Assembly: GCA_038740615.1 (NCBI GenBank)
Contig: JAVYLQ010000001.1
Location: 19,157 to 83,156 of the forward strand
Length of the DNA: 64,000 bases
Direction of reading: 5' to 3'
Origin: Candidatus Anstonellales archaeon
GTDB taxonomy: Archaea > Micrarchaeota > Micrarchaeia > Anstonellales > J096
Shown here one piece after another: positions 62,530-64,000 of the stretch. How positions within the stretch are numbered: position 1 is the first letter of the stretch; the number at the start of each line of letters is the position of its first letter. A program made the position numbers and the translations under genes. A model generated the notes under the pieces. The model did no database searches. It was not told the origin of the DNA and saw only the letters and a list, made by a program, of their open reading frames with translations.

Positions 62530-64000
62530 GCTTATAGATCAGTTTCCTCCAATATTATATTCTGAATACTATGATAGGTTGTTTGTTGTTTTAAATATAC
62601 CGGTATCAAGTGCAAAGTACTTAACAGCTCTTGCGGCAATTATACTTCTCGCACTGGTTTTATCATTCATTTCTGAATATTTCTTATTATTAGGGTTATT
62701 AGTGACTATTGCTGGATTACTCTACCCAATATTTCTATATAGGAAAACCATACATGAGATTCGTTCAGAATTGCCTAAATTCATCTTGGATATTGGTTCG
62801 GGAATGTTATTGGGGCTTAATTTATTAGAATCTATTAGATTGGCCATGAATGATACCAATTCCATAGCTAAGTATTTCAAACCATACATGAATAGATTAG
62901 AGATAGGAAAGGAGAGTATTAACGAAGTGTTCATATCATTTGCTAATAGATTTAGAGATAGAAAAATACAGATAGCTGTATTTCAGCTCATAAACTCCAT
63001 ATCAGCAGGATCACCTAAGGAGCTGAAACATCTTGGAATGCAATTATTGCGAGAACAGATGTTAGATATGAAAGAATTCAGTAATAAGTTACAGATACTG
63101 TCACAATTCTATATGGTGATATTATTACTATTTCCTGTATATACCATTCTAGTCACAATAATGAGTTTGGCATCCGAACAACCTATACCAAATATAATAC
63201 CTATATTTACAGTTCTCTTACCCATGATTCTGCTTATATTTATTTATATCATCTCTTTGATATTCCCTAGCAATTATTTAATACAGCAGAGTTCAGATCC
63301 CTCTCCCCTCCTTCTGAATTGGTTTGTTATGATAATAGCTTTCTATTTTCAAATTGAAATCCTATGGCTAGCATTATTATATACATTAGTATCTATAATC
63401 TATGTATATTATAATTTCCATAATATCCAGAATATGGAGCTTCAAAAAGAATTAGAGAGAGATCTTTTAGAAGTTTCATTGATATTATCATCGTTACCTA
63501 GATTCGACATGCACATGTTCCTAAAGAGAGTTAAAGATGCGGGTTTAGGTAAGTGGAGTGATATTTCATCTAGGGCTCTGAAAATGTTAAACTCTGGAGT
63601 ATCTATTAGAGAGATATTTGATTATCTATATAAATTACCATCTGGATATGTTAAAGTTTTTATCAAAAATCTTGAGTACATATACTATTCAGGCATCTCA
63701 TCTCATGATAGAATGAATGAGTGGTTGGATATGTTTGTAAATATGTTGAATCTTAGAAAGGAGATGGAAGCTGAACTATCTACTTTTAAATACACTATTA
63801 TCATATCATTCATAATTCTACCTATAATATATTCTTCTCTATATAATTTTGCAAAAGAGATGGTCGGTATAGAATTAGAGATACTTATGTATCTTCCAGT
63901 GATAGTAGTTGGTAGTGGTATTGCTATGCTGTCCAACATATATAGATCACCCTATTGGATAATTCAGTTGTCCCTATATACCATGGTATCACTGATCATA
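62519..64000 (+). CDS. Type II secretion F / TadB-TadC-like membrane platform protein (runs off the window)
   Basis: Frame from ATG 62519 (MISKLIDQFPP...) overlaps the ATPase stop and appears open to the window edge; multiple TM stretches and EIRSELPKF motif. Confidence 0.72.
   Translation, partial: MISKLIDQFPPILYSEYYDRLFVVLNIPVSSAKYLTALAAIILLALVLSFISEYFLLLGLLVTIAGLLYPIFLYRKTIHEIRSELPKFILDIGSGMLLGLNLLESIRLAMNDTNSIAKYFKPYMNRLEIGKESINEVFISFANRFRDRKIQIAVFQLINSISAGSPKELKHLGMQLLREQMLDMKEFSNKLQILSQFYMVILLLFPVYTILVTIMSLASEQPIPNIIPIFTVLLPMILLIFIYIISLIFPSNYLIQQSSDPSPLLLNWFVMIIAFYFQIEILWLALLYTLVSIIYVYYNFHNIQNMELQKELERDLLEVSLILSSLPRFDMHMFLKRVKDAGLGKWSDISSRALKMLNSGVSIREIFDYLYKLPSGYVKVFIKNLEYIYYSGISSHDRMNEWLDMFVNMLNLRKEMEAELSTFKYTIIISFIILPIIYSSLYNFAKEMVGIELEILMYLPVIVVGSGIAMLSNIYRSPYWIIQLSLYTMVSLII

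Overview
AT-rich, very gene-dense archaeal chromosomal segment, most consistent with a reduced DPANN lineage such as Micrarchaeota (inferred from gene content and compaction, not proven). It is mostly core machinery: a contiguous RNAP-NusA-SBDS-exosome-L37ae run, rps12/rps7, ThrRS, GlyRS, PheRS alpha and beta, aIF5B, SRP54, FtsZ, DnaG, RNase Z, CCA enzyme, Trm56, Alba and Nop5. Also present are mevalonate/isoprenoid and UDP-GlcNAc/N-glycosylation genes, a type IV pilus-like ATPase with its membrane protein, a lone 5S rRNA, an intron-containing tRNA-Tyr and tRNA-Leu. No CRISPR array, IS element or prophage was seen. Most notable: (1) a long-RelA/SpoT-like protein with a degenerate HD domain and a largely intact synthetase domain in an archaeon; (2) two convergent, highly diverged PvcA/Dit1 (isonitrile synthase)-like genes; (3) an unannotated GC-rich K-loop hairpin RNA before dnaG; (4) an unannotated cysteine-free Rpo12 candidate and tandem TFE-alpha paralogs; (5) about ten divergent gene pairs, each sharing one central TTTAAA box in a 50-56 nt spacer. 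All family calls come from motif recognition by eye; no searches were run.
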